From positions 611,492 to 675,491 of the forward strand of contig JACKFD010000001.1 in assembly GCA_020632655.1 (NCBI GenBank): 64,000 nt of DNA, written 5' to 3'. A model generated the notes under the pieces. That model was not told the DNA's origin and did not search any database. It saw only the letters and a program-made list of their open reading frames with translations. Every line of letters starts with the position of its first letter. The first letter of the stretch is position 1. Source of the stretch: Spirochaetaceae bacterium. GTDB taxonomy: Bacteria; Myxococcota_A; UBA9160; UBA4427. This document shows, in pieces, positions 43,941 through 52,942 of this stretch. The translations under genes were made by a program, and so were the position numbers.

Positions 43941-44780
43941 CTACAGCGTCTGGCTCGCGAGGCCCAGGGTCTGCGCCATGCGCTGGGCGTGGACGCGGAG
44001 CAGGGCGACGCCGAGGCGATGACCCAGCCAGGGCTTCATGCTGCGCAGGTGCCGGAAGGAGGCCTGGTCGATCTCGAGCAGGCGGACGGGCGTGTTCGCG
44101 ACCGCAGACTCCGCGTGGGGCAGATCCGCCAGCAGCGGAAGGCCGCCGAAGAGATCGCCGACCGAGAGCTGGCAGAGGGGCTGCTCGATCGCATTCCGGA
44201 TGCGCACCTGCAGCGTGATGCTGCCCTCGGTGATCAGGAAGATCGAGTCGTTCATCTCACCGTGCGTGCCCTGCCGGTAGATCGTGTCGCCGGCGTTCAT
44301 CGTGCGGAAGCGCGTGACCTGGGCGAGGCCCATCGCCTCCTCGAGTCCCAGCTCGTGCAGCGCCGTCCGCTCGTAGAGGAATCGCGCGAGCTTCTTGCCC
44401 GAGTCGAGGACCTGGTCCCAGACCGCCTCGAGCTGCTCGGGATGCGGTCGCTCGAAGGAGATGCCGGTCAGGACGAGGTCGTCGCTCGGGTCGGAGCGCT
44501 GCCAGCAGCCGACGGCATCGATCGCGAGGCGCTGGCTCGGCAGGCCGAGAATGACGCGCTGGATCGATTTGATGGCGAAGGGGGATTGAGTCGCGATGCA
44601 CGCGCCGCCGATGCTCAGGTCGCGGGTGCGGCCGTGCAGGGCGCCCGAGAAGTCGCTCGTGTAGATCTCGACCGGCACGTCCGTCCCGACGCGGGGATTC
44701 GAGCGGACCTCGAGGGGGTCGACGGGCGGGGCAGCGGCCCGGGGCGAGGGAGAGCGGGGATCGGAGTCGGACGGGGTCAT
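43941..44780 (-). CDS. PilZ domain + cyclic-nucleotide-binding domain protein
   Basis: The N-terminus has RSNPR (RxxxR) and DLSIGG (DxSxxG) PilZ c-di-GMP motifs. The C-terminus has a cNMP-binding barrel (FRTMNAGDTIYRQGTHGEMNDSIFLITEGSITLQV...GDLFGGLPLL). Confidence 0.75.
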   Translation of the reverse strand: MTPSDSDPRSPSPRAAAPPVDPLEVRSNPRVGTDVPVEIYTSDFSGALHGRTRDLSIGGACIATQSPFAIKSIQRVILGLPSQRLAIDAVGCWQRSDPSDDLVLTGISFERPHPEQLEAVWDQVLDSGKKLARFLYERTALHELGLEEAMGLAQVTRFRTMNAGDTIYRQGTHGEMNDSIFLITEGSITLQVRIRNAIEQPLCQLSVGDLFGGLPLLADLPHAESAVANTPVRLLEIDQASFRHLRSMKPWLGHRLGVALLRVHAQRMAQTLGLASQTL

Positions 44781-44883
44781 ATACTCGGCGCCTCGATGGG
44801 GCCGTTTCGGTCGGGGTGCAATGGGACTTGAACGCTCCAGCCCGACGCGAGCGGGCCGCGCGGGCGCCGTGGTCGGAGGGGCG

Positions 44884-45795
44884 ATGGACGACGCGACGGG
44901 CGCGGCGGCAAAGGCCGGAGTGGAAGTGGGGGGATCGCCCGGGATGCGACGGAACGGACTCGAGCTCGCGGTCGTCGTCGTGACGCTCGTGCTCTGGATC
45001 CCGGGGCTGCGCGTGCTGGCCGGCGTGTATGGCGAGGTCGAGTGGGCGTCCCACGGCTTCCTCGTACCGATCGTCGCGCTCTGGGCGGCGACGGCCCATC
45101 GCGCCGCCCTGGCCGATCGGCCGGCCCGGCCGCTGCGAGGCGGCGTGGCGCTCCTGGGTGCGCTCGTCCTCGCCTATCTCGCGGCGCTGCTCTTCGGTAA
45201 TCCGAGCGTGATCGGCCTGGTCGGCGTCGCGACCGTGGTCGGTCTGGTGGCGGCGCTGCGGGGGCTCGCGTGGGTGCGCACGCTCGCCTTTCCGCTCGCC
45301 TATCTGCTCTTCATGGTCCCTCTGCCGACGGCCTGGATCACGCCCGTCATCGTCCGGCTCCAGCTGCTCGTGAGCAGCGTCGCCGTCGCGTTGCTGCGGG
45401 CCTTCGACGTGGCGATCCATCGCGACGGCAACGTGCTGACGCTGCCCGGGGACGTCACGCTCTTCGTGGCGGAGGCCTGCAGCGGCATCACGTCCCTCGT
45501 CACGCTGCTCCCGATCGGCGTCTTCATCGCCTACTTCACGGAGTCCGTGCCCTGGCGACGCGTCGCGCTGGTCGCGGCGGTCGTCCCGATCGCGCTGCTC
45601 GGCAACCTGATCCGGGTGGTGCTGACGGTGGCCCTCGCGATGCGGGTCGACGTCGCCTTCGCGACGACCGGACCCGTGCACGAGTGGGCCGGCGTCGCGA
45701 CCTACGTGCTGGGCTGTCTGTGTCTGCTCGCGGTCGGCGCGGGGCTGCGACGGCTGGGCGGCGGGGCGCGCTCGGACGCCGGCGTTCCGGCATGA
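44884..45795 (+). CDS. Exosortase-family transpeptidase (subtype undetermined)
   Basis: A polytopic membrane protein with the exosortase signature residues: FVAEACSG (catalytic Cys), GNLIRV (Arg) and VHEWAG (His). ATG at 44884 follows GGAGG; the track ORF begins at 44821. Confidence 0.8.
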   Translation: MDDATGAAAKAGVEVGGSPGMRRNGLELAVVVVTLVLWIPGLRVLAGVYGEVEWASHGFLVPIVALWAATAHRAALADRPARPLRGGVALLGALVLAYLAALLFGNPSVIGLVGVATVVGLVAALRGLAWVRTLAFPLAYLLFMVPLPTAWITPVIVRLQLLVSSVAVALLRAFDVAIHRDGNVLTLPGDVTLFVAEACSGITSLVTLLPIGVFIAYFTESVPWRRVALVAAVVPIALLGNLIRVVLTVALAMRVDVAFATTGPVHEWAGVATYVLGCLCLLAVGAGLRRLGGGARSDAGVPA

Positions 45796-46934
45796 CGGGC
45801 TCGGGGGCAGGGGGCGGGCCGCTCGAGGAGCGCATCCGCCGCGTGGGGCTCGTGCTCGGTCTGGACGCGATCGGCTTCGCGCCGGCGCGTCCGAGCGCGC
45901 GTACCCGATTCCTGCGTGAGTGGGTCGCGCGTGGGCACGCCGGCGGGATGGACTGGATCGCCCGCCGGCTCGAGGAGCGCATCGATCCGCGCCTCGTGCT
46001 CGAGGGGGCGGAGTCGATCGTGGTGGGCGCGCTCGTCTGTGCGCCGCCGCCGGCCCGCCTCGAGGACGGGTCGGGGCCACCGGGGTCGGGTCGCACGGAC
46101 GATCGCACCGAGCCCCGGGGTCGGGTCGCCCGTTATGCCGGAGGGGACGACTACCACGAGGTGCTGCTCGAGCGGCTTCGGGCCGTCGAGGCGGCGCTGT
46201 CCGGTCTGGCCGGGCGGGCGGTGCGCACGCGCTGCTATGTCGACACGGGGCCGGTCCTCGAACGCGCCGCCGCCGAGGCGGCCGGTCTGGGCTGGATCGG
46301 CCGCAACAGCTGCCTGATCCATCCCGAGCTCGGCTCGCATCTCATGCTCGGCGTGATCCTGACGGACCTGCCGCTCACGACCGATGCGGCCGTTGCGGAC
46401 CATTGCGGGACCTGCCGCGCCTGCCTCGACGCCTGTCCGACCGACGCCTTTCCCGAGCCCTACGTGCTCGATGCCACGCGCTGCCTCTCCTACACGACGA
46501 TCGAGCATCGCGGCGCGATCCCCGAGCCCCTGCGCGCGGCCCAGGGCGCCCACGTCTTCGGCTGCGACGTCTGCCAGGACGTCTGCCCCTGGAACCGCAG
46601 CCGTCCGCGCGTGCCGCTCGCCGATCCGCTCGGCCTGCGCGCCCGCCTGCGTGCGCGCGCCGCGTGGCAGGCGCCGACCCTCGCCTGGCTCCTCGACCTC
46701 GAGCCGGATGCGTTCGCGGAGCAGGCGCGTCACACCGCGCTGCGCCGCGCCGGCCATCGTGGCCTCGTGCGGAACGCCCTCGTCGCGGCGGGCAACGCGG
46801 CGGACCCCACGCTGCGCGACGCCGTGGCGCGGCACGCTCGAAGCGCGGACCCGCTTCTGCGCGAGCACGCCGAGTGGGCGCTCGCCCGGATCGACGCGGG
46901 CGCGCCTGCCGCGTCCGCGTCGGATCCCGCCTGA
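45792..46934 (+). CDS. queG: Epoxyqueuosine reductase QueG
   Basis: Two 4Fe-4S motifs (CGTCRACLDACP; CDVCQDVCPWN), CLSYTTIEHRG, and C-terminal HEAT-like repeats. The ATG overlaps the exosortase stop (ATGA). Confidence 0.88.
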   Translation: MTGSGAGGGPLEERIRRVGLVLGLDAIGFAPARPSARTRFLREWVARGHAGGMDWIARRLEERIDPRLVLEGAESIVVGALVCAPPPARLEDGSGPPGSGRTDDRTEPRGRVARYAGGDDYHEVLLERLRAVEAALSGLAGRAVRTRCYVDTGPVLERAAAEAAGLGWIGRNSCLIHPELGSHLMLGVILTDLPLTTDAAVADHCGTCRACLDACPTDAFPEPYVLDATRCLSYTTIEHRGAIPEPLRAAQGAHVFGCDVCQDVCPWNRSRPRVPLADPLGLRARLRARAAWQAPTLAWLLDLEPDAFAEQARHTALRRAGHRGLVRNALVAAGNAADPTLRDAVARHARSADPLLREHAEWALARIDAGAPAASASDPA

Positions 46935-47507
46935 TCAGCGGGAGGCGGGTCGGCGCGCGAGCAGCCGCGCCGTATGCGCCGGCCGCGCCTCGGCGGTCGG
47001 CCCTTCGGTGTAGTCGAGGATCTCGAGGCCGGGGAAGGCGCGCGCGAGCTCACCCGGGCCCAGCAGGAACGCATCGCGACCGGGGCCCCAGCCGAGTGCG
47101 CGCTGGTCGAGGGTGAAGGTCTCGTAGAGGAGCAGACCGCCCGGGGCGAGCAGGGCCTCGATCGCGGGGAAGAGCGGTCGGTGGAGGTAGCGGAACACGA
47201 GCACGGCGCCGAAGCCGCCGGGTCGCAGGGGCGGCGCCCCGCGACCCTCGAGATCTGCGGCGACGGGAAGCAGTCGCCCGCCGCGCGTCGGCACGACCTG
47301 CGTGAGCGTCGCGAGCGCCTCGCGATCCCGGTCGAGCGCGACGACCGGCAGCCCGAGATCGGCCGCCGGCACCGCGTGGCGGCCGTGACCGCAGGCGAGG
47401 TCGAGGATCGGACCGAGCGCCGCGGCCCGCCGGATCCGTTCGACCTGCGCCGTGAAGTGCGGCGAGGGCGCGCCGAGGGCGGCGCGGCGCTCAGCGTCCC
47501 GGGACAC
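46935..47507 (-). CDS. Class I SAM-dependent methyltransferase
   Basis: Motif I ILDLACGHGRH, post-I VVALDRD, motif III APGGLLLYETF. Confidence 0.75.
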   Translation of the reverse strand: MSRDAERRAALGAPSPHFTAQVERIRRAAALGPILDLACGHGRHAVPAADLGLPVVALDRDREALATLTQVVPTRGGRLLPVAADLEGRGAPPLRPGGFGAVLVFRYLHRPLFPAIEALLAPGGLLLYETFTLDQRALGWGPGRDAFLLGPGELARAFPGLEILDYTEGPTAEARPAHTARLLARRPASR

Positions 47508-48297
47508 GACCCAGCCACCCGGCCATCCGCGCCGGATGGTCCGTCACGATCCCGTCGACGCCGATCGCGAGCAGTGCCTCGATCTCGTCGAGGTCGTCGA
47601 TCGTCCAGACGTGCACCTCGACGCCTTCGCGATGGGCGTGCTCGACGAGGGCTGGCGTCACGAGCGGGCGGCCGGCGAAGACGGGTGGGATCTGGAGCGC
47701 CATCACGTCGTCGGGCATCGGCCCCTGTCCGAGGGCGCTGGCGATCGTCGCCACGATCTCGCCGAGGCAGGCGCCGACAGCGGGCCGAGCGGCGTGCTGT
47801 GCGAGCGCCCTGCGCAGCAGCCCCATGACGTCGTCCTCGCCCGCCGTGACGAGGGTGCGATCCGAACGGTCGAACCCGGCGATCAGGTCGAGGGTCCGTT
47901 CGATCGCCGCCGCATCGGCGCACTTGATCTCGAGGTTGAAGCGCGCGTCCGGGAAGGCTGCGAAGGCCTCTTCGAGCGAGGGGATGTGAAGGCCCCGTCC
48001 ACGAAAGGGGGTCGCCCCGTCCGGGTCCTCGAATCGATGGCCCGCATCGAGTCGGCGGAGGGTCTCGAACGCGAGCTCGCCGGCGCAGCCACAGCCGTCG
48101 CTCACGCGATCGACGTCGGGATCGTGGAGCAGGATCGGCACCCCGTCGCGAGTCACGTGGACGTCGCTCTCGAGGATCTGCGCCCCGGCTTCGAGGGCCG
48201 TCGCGAAGGAGAGCAGCGTGTTCTCCGGACAGACGCCGGCCGCCCCGCGATGCCCGATCACGACGGGGCGCTCGACGTCGAAGAAGGGGTGGGCCAT
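47491..48297 (-). CDS. Glycerophosphodiester phosphodiesterase
   Basis: VIGHRGAAGVCPENTLLSF, ILESDVHVTRDG, and a C-terminal VHVWTIDD...GVDGIVTDHP. I prefer the start at M15 of the track ORF. Confidence 0.85.
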   Translation of the reverse strand: MAHPFFDVERPVVIGHRGAAGVCPENTLLSFATALEAGAQILESDVHVTRDGVPILLHDPDVDRVSDGCGCAGELAFETLRRLDAGHRFEDPDGATPFRGRGLHIPSLEEAFAAFPDARFNLEIKCADAAAIERTLDLIAGFDRSDRTLVTAGEDDVMGLLRRALAQHAARPAVGACLGEIVATIASALGQGPMPDDVMALQIPPVFAGRPLVTPALVEHAHREGVEVHVWTIDDLDEIEALLAIGVDGIVTDHPARMAGWLGRVPGR

Positions 48298-48362
48298 CGG
48301 CCGGAAGCTATCCCATCGTTGCCAGCCGGGCCGAGTCACCCCTGCGCTATCGTGCGCGCCGC

Positions 48363-48875
48363 ATGAGCGTGCTGACCCGCGACGTGATCCTCGACGAGCT
48401 CGATCGGGGTCGGATCCGCATCGATCCCCTGGATCGCAGCCAGGTCGGCGTCGCCTCGATCGATCTGACGCTCGGCCGCGAGATCCGACAGATCGTCGAC
48501 GACGGCACGCCGATCCGCGTCGAGGACGAGACGGACTACCGCGACCACACGCGCGTGCTCCCCCTCGATCGCCCCTACCGCCTCGACCCGGGCGTCACGA
48601 TCCACGGCATCACGGCGGAGCACGTGACATTGCCCGACGACCTGTGCGGGTTCCTCGAAGGTCGCAGTCGATTCGCACGGCTCGGGCTCATGATCCACGT
48701 GACCTCGGCCTTCGTGCAGCCGGGCGTCTCGAACCGACAGGTGCTCGAGATGAGCAACGTCTCGAGTCGCGCTCTCGAGATCGTGGCCGGCGTGCGCATC
48801 TGCCAGCTCGTGTTGATGCGGACCGACGGCCGCGCCGTCTACCGCGGTCGCTTCCAGGACCAGCGGGAGATCTAG
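48363..48875 (+). CDS. dcd: dCTP deaminase
   Basis: IDLTLG, GFLEGRSRFARLGLMIH and AFVQPGVSNRQVLEMSN motifs of the Dcd/dUTPase superfamily. Confidence 0.85.
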   Translation: MSVLTRDVILDELDRGRIRIDPLDRSQVGVASIDLTLGREIRQIVDDGTPIRVEDETDYRDHTRVLPLDRPYRLDPGVTIHGITAEHVTLPDDLCGFLEGRSRFARLGLMIHVTSAFVQPGVSNRQVLEMSNVSSRALEIVAGVRICQLVLMRTDGRAVYRGRFQDQREI

Positions 48876-48886
48876 CCCTGCGCGCG

Positions 48887-49327
48887 GTGGTCCAGCGCGT
48901 CACCGAGGCCCGCATCGACGTCGACGGGGCGTGCGTCGCGCGGATGGGGCCGGGGCTGCTCGTGTTGGTCGGTGTCTCGAAGCGTGACGCGATGGCGGAT
49001 GCCGACGAGCTGGCGCGCAAGCTCGTCGGGCTGCGGATCTTCGAGGACGAGACCGGGCGCATGAATCGCTCGCTCGTCGAGACCGGAGGCACGCTCGGGC
49101 TGGTGTCGCAGTTCACCTTGCTCGCCGACGCGCGCAAGGGCCGTCGGCCCGGCTTTGCCGACGCGGCGGACGCCGATCAGGCGCGACCGCTCTTCGATGC
49201 GGTGGTAGAGAGCGCGGCGCAGCTTTCCGTGCCGGTCGTCACAGGTCGCTTCGGCGCGACGATGCGCGTCGCCCTCGTGAACGACGGCCCGGTCACCCTC
49301 CTGCTCGATACCGAGCGCCGCTTCTGA
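48887..49327 (+). CDS. dtd: D-aminoacyl-tRNA deacylase
   Basis: VVQRVTEARIDVDG..GPGLLVLVGV...SQFTLLADARKGRRPGF parallels E. coli Dtd. The GTG at 48887 gives ~146 aa. Confidence 0.85.
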   Translation: MVQRVTEARIDVDGACVARMGPGLLVLVGVSKRDAMADADELARKLVGLRIFEDETGRMNRSLVETGGTLGLVSQFTLLADARKGRRPGFADAADADQARPLFDAVVESAAQLSVPVVTGRFGATMRVALVNDGPVTLLLDTERRF

Positions 49328-49508
49328 TCGATTCGCAAGCAGGGTGGCGCTGGTTCGAGCCGCACGAAACGCCGCTCGAACCGGGCTCCGCTTGCCGACC
49401 TCTCAGGATCCGTCACACTCCCGCGTCGGGGGTTCGTGAGAGGGCGTGCATGGCCGGATCCGTTCGGGTCCGGTCCCTTGCGCGCATCGTGAGAGAGGTT
49501 GGACGACC

Positions 49509-50054
49509 ATGATCAGGAATGAACTTCGATCGGGCTTGCGCCCGAAGGGCGGATCTTCGTCCCGCGCCGCATCCGAGACGGGGCTCGCGCGGCGGGACCG
49601 ACGCTTCGGTCGCGCCGTGCTTACGGGTGTCACGGCGCTCGCCGTCGCGGCGGCGCCGACCAGCGCGCTCGCCGGCGAGAAGGCAGCCGAGGTCGGACGC
49701 GAGAGCGGGCTCGGCGCCGCGGCGGCCGTCTCGTCGTTGGTCTACGCGCCGGTCAAGCTCGTGTACGCGACGGGCGGGCTGATCGTCGGGGCCTTCGCCT
49801 GGGCCTTCACGGCCGGGGACAACAACGTCGCGGGCAAGGTCTTCACGCGCTCGCTGCGCGGCACCTATGTGATCACGCCGGAGATCCTGCGCGGCGAGGA
49901 GCGCCTCGAGTTCATCGGGCGCGACGTGGACTCGCCGACGGCCCCGACCGCCGCCGTCGCCGCGGCCCGCGCGTCGCAGCCGGCGTCGCCGCCGGCCTAC
50001 GAGTCGGGCTCGGAGTCGGACTACGACTCGAGCTACGACGACATGGGCTGGTAG
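49509..50054 (+). CDS. Hypothetical exported/membrane protein with a Tat-like signal and an acidic Tyr-rich tail
   Basis: RRDRRFGRAVLTGVTALAVAAAPTSALA resembles a twin-arginine signal. There is a hydrophobic segment, and the C-terminus is YESGSESDYDSSYDDMGW. Confidence 0.5.
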   Translation: MIRNELRSGLRPKGGSSSRAASETGLARRDRRFGRAVLTGVTALAVAAAPTSALAGEKAAEVGRESGLGAAAAVSSLVYAPVKLVYATGGLIVGAFAWAFTAGDNNVAGKVFTRSLRGTYVITPEILRGEERLEFIGRDVDSPTAPTAAVAAARASQPASPPAYESGSESDYDSSYDDMGW

Positions 50055-50222
50055 TCCTCGCCGGACGGACGGCGCGATCGGGTCTTCCGATCGCGTGATG
50101 CCGTTCGTGCGATTCGCGGAGTGAAGGTCGATCCATGCAGGTGGCGCCGGGCCCGGACCGGCGCCGCCCGTGGGGTCGGCTGGCGCGGAGCGGGCCGAGC
50201 CGCCAGAATCGGGCGCCATCCG

Positions 50223-50996
50223 ATGTCGGAGTTCGTCGCACAGATTCCGCTGGCCTTCGCGTCGGGGCTGATCTCGGTCTTCTCGCCCTGCGTGATGCCG
50301 TTGATGCCCGCCTACCTCTCCCTGATCTCGGGCGTCTCCGTGCGCGAGCTCGGCGAGGGCCAGGGCGACCGGGCCCAGCGTCAGCGCGTGATGGACGCCT
50401 GCCTCGGCTTCGTCGCAGGCTTCTCTACCGTCTTCATCGTGCTCGGCGCCTCGGCCTTCGCGCTCGGTCGGGTGCTGCGCGTCTGGCACGTCGAGCTCTT
50501 CGGCTTCCCGATCGGGATCGCCCAGCTCGCCGGCGTCGTGATCGTCGTCTTCGGGCTGCACATGACGGGCCTGCTGCGGATCGGTTGGCTGCTGCGCGAC
50601 ACGCGGCTCCAGCTCGACATGGGACCGCCCGGCTTCCTGGGCGCCTTCACGGTCGGCGCGGGCTTCGGCTTCGGCTGGTCGCCCTGCATCGGTCCGATCC
50701 TCGGCGCGGTGCTCACTCTCGCCGGCAGTCGCGAGACGGTCTTCGAAGGGATCACGCTGCTCGCGGTCTACTCGATGGGCCTCGGCATCCCCTTCCTCGT
50801 CGCCGGCTGGAGCATCGACCACTTCTTCAACGCCTTCGCCCGCATCAAGAGGCACTTCCGCACGCTCGAGATCGTGTCGGGCCTGCTGCTGGTGGGCGTG
50901 GGGCTCTTGCTGGTCACGAATCGCCTCGCCTGGTTCAACACGCATCTGACCTTCCTGAGCGACTTCGTCGTGGCGGCGGAGGAGATGCTGCAGTGA
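50223..50996 (+). CDS. ccdA: Cytochrome c biogenesis thiol:disulfide transfer protein CcdA (DsbD-like)
   Basis: SPCVMPLMPAYLS and WSPCIGPILG Cys motifs with 6 TM segments. Confidence 0.85.
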   Translation: MSEFVAQIPLAFASGLISVFSPCVMPLMPAYLSLISGVSVRELGEGQGDRAQRQRVMDACLGFVAGFSTVFIVLGASAFALGRVLRVWHVELFGFPIGIAQLAGVVIVVFGLHMTGLLRIGWLLRDTRLQLDMGPPGFLGAFTVGAGFGFGWSPCIGPILGAVLTLAGSRETVFEGITLLAVYSMGLGIPFLVAGWSIDHFFNAFARIKRHFRTLEIVSGLLLVGVGLLLVTNRLAWFNTHLTFLSDFVVAAEEMLQ

Positions 50997-51583
50997 TCGC
51001 CGTGCGCGGAGCGCGGACCCCGGCGCGGCGGCAGCGGAGCTGGCTCCGCGTCGCGCCGCTGCTGGCGGTCCTGGTCCTGGCGTGCCTGGAGGGGCAGGAG
51101 GGCGCGGAGGGGCCTCGCGTACCGGCGCCGTCCTTCCGCTTGCCGCGGCTGGACGGGGGGGCGGTCGAGCTCTCGGCGCTGCGCGGCAAGGTCGTGGTGC
51201 TCGACTTCTGGGCGACCTGGTGTGCACCCTGCGAGGTGCAGATGCCGGTCCTCGACACGCTGTGGACGGAGCAGGGGGGCGCACAGCTCGAGGTGATCGG
51301 TGTCTCGGTCGACACCCGTCCGGCCTCCGAGGTGGCGGATTGGGTGTCGGAGCGCGGCTTCGCCTACCCGATCGCCCTGGCCGATCAGACGCTGGCCATG
51401 GACTACGGGGTGCGGGGCTTCCCGTCGGTCGTGATCGTCGATGCCGACGGGCGGATCGCGGATCGGCATACCGGCGTGTGGAGTCGGGCGGAGCTCGATG
51501 AGGCGATCGCGCGGGCGCGTCGTCGGCCCGAGTCCGCGGCATCCGGAGCGGCGGCGTCCGATCCTTCGCCGTCTTCGCACTAG
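50993..51583 (+). CDS. TlpA/ResA-like periplasmic thioredoxin
   Basis: FWATWCAPC active site and a signal anchor. The GTG overlaps the ccdA stop. Confidence 0.85.
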   Translation: MIAVRGARTPARRQRSWLRVAPLLAVLVLACLEGQEGAEGPRVPAPSFRLPRLDGGAVELSALRGKVVVLDFWATWCAPCEVQMPVLDTLWTEQGGAQLEVIGVSVDTRPASEVADWVSERGFAYPIALADQTLAMDYGVRGFPSVVIVDADGRIADRHTGVWSRAELDEAIARARRRPESAASGAAASDPSPSSH

Positions 51584-51871
51584 ATTGCCCGTTCGCTTCC
51601 TGGGCTTGCACGCCGACCGGGCCGATCTGCGCGGCTCGGGTCGCGGCAGGGGATTGGCTCTCCTCGGCGGCGATGCGTCCGCTCGCGAACGCGAATCGGC
51701 GGCGACCCACCCGCGCCGCAAGCTTGAGATCGGTCCAGGATGGGTCGTTCTCTCCTCGGCGGGGCACTCGGTTGCAGGAAACGTAGATGCCGGCGGTGGC
51801 GATCGAAGGCGAAGTCTGCGAGGTCGCCAGAGTCGATCCGCATCGCATTAGGCAGGTCCGTGGGACGAAGA

Positions 51872-52942
51872 TCAGTCCTCCACGCACCAGACCGGCTTCG
51901 GGATCGAGCAGAAGGTCGCGCCCGAGAGCCACGCCCCGAGCTTGGGCTCGACGGGTGTCCCGAAGGCGTCGGTTGGACCGGTCTGCCAGCTCTGATGCAG
52001 TCCCGCGACGGTGCCCAGGGCTTCCTGCGAGTTCGTCCATGCGCTGCAGTTCGCCTCGCCCTCGTCCCCGAAGCCCTGCGCCTCGAAGCCCGTCCGGATC
52101 CAGCCGAGGGTCGCGGTGGTGGAGAACGAGGGCGGGCCCTCGCCGCTGTCGCCGGCGGTCTGGCCGAGCAAGTGGTCGTAGGCGAGGTCGGTCGGATCGA
52201 GCACCTCCCAGATCGACGCCATGTGGAAGCCCAGAGTACAGGCGCCGAGGGCGTCGCCGCCCGGGAAGAGGTTGCGGGTCAGGTAGAAGCGCCGCTCGCC
52301 GCGCCGGCTGCAGGAGCCGTCGAGACAGACGTTGCCTGCGCTCGCGCTTCCGCCGACGACGGCGCGCGCTTCGGCCTCGGCGAGACCGGTCGAGCCGACG
52401 ACGTTGTGCGCGTAGAGGCTGCCGCTGCCGAGCGAGAGGCCGTGCTCCCCGACCGAGTCGACGCGATTGGCGATCGCCTGGCTCGACGCCGCGAGCGCGA
52501 TGCCGCTCGCGCCGCAGCTGCGTATGGACACGTCCGCGACGCGCGAGAAGGAGAAGAGCCGAATGCAGTCGCCGGAGAAGCCGACGACGCGTCCGTTCTC
52601 GACGCTCGACGCTGCGCCCCCGCCGAGCGTCCATGCGACGCCGGCCGCCTGCCCGGTCGGACAATCGAACACGGAGCACGAAGAGGGGCCCCGGATCGCG
52701 TGGCCGTTCAGGTCGAGATGGACCTCGTTCGCGGCGAGCACGATGGCCGGCACGTCCCCGTCGACGACGAGGTCACCCGTCAATCGATAGGCACCGGGAC
52801 TCGTGATCAGATAGGGGAAGCCGCCCGCCTCCTCGACCACGGTCTGGTTGATCTCGAGCTGACCGGTCTGGGCTCGCGCCCCGGTCGAGAGACCGGTGAG
52901 CAGGATCGATAGGAGAAGTCCGCCGACGAAGAGCACACGCAT
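51872..52942 (-). CDS. Secreted protein: parallel beta-helix-like N-terminal part + Cys-containing endostatin/DUF1554-like C-terminal domain
   Basis: Signal peptide MRVLFVGGLLLSILLTGLSTGARAQ. Repetitive G/S/V beta-helix-like turns. The C-terminus RRFYLT...GACTLGFHMASIWE...ANCSAWTN...ATFCSIPKPVWCVED resembles the endostatin/C-type-lectin-like Cys pattern. Confidence 0.55.
   Translation of the reverse strand: MRVLFVGGLLLSILLTGLSTGARAQTGQLEINQTVVEEAGGFPYLITSPGAYRLTGDLVVDGDVPAIVLAANEVHLDLNGHAIRGPSSCSVFDCPTGQAAGVAWTLGGGAASSVENGRVVGFSGDCIRLFSFSRVADVSIRSCGASGIALAASSQAIANRVDSVGEHGLSLGSGSLYAHNVVGSTGLAEAEARAVVGGSASAGNVCLDGSCSRRGERRFYLTRNLFPGGDALGACTLGFHMASIWEVLDPTDLAYDHLLGQTAGDSGEGPPSFSTTATLGWIRTGFEAQGFGDEGEANCSAWTNSQEALGTVAGLHQSWQTGPTDAFGTPVEPKLGAWLSGATFCSIPKPVWCVED

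Noticed and set aside
49413-52679. 1088-aa minus-strand ORF across the ccdA/tlpA region
   Set aside because: It is an Arg/Pro-rich artefact that is antisense to, or out of frame with, ccdA, tlpA and the secreted-protein gene.
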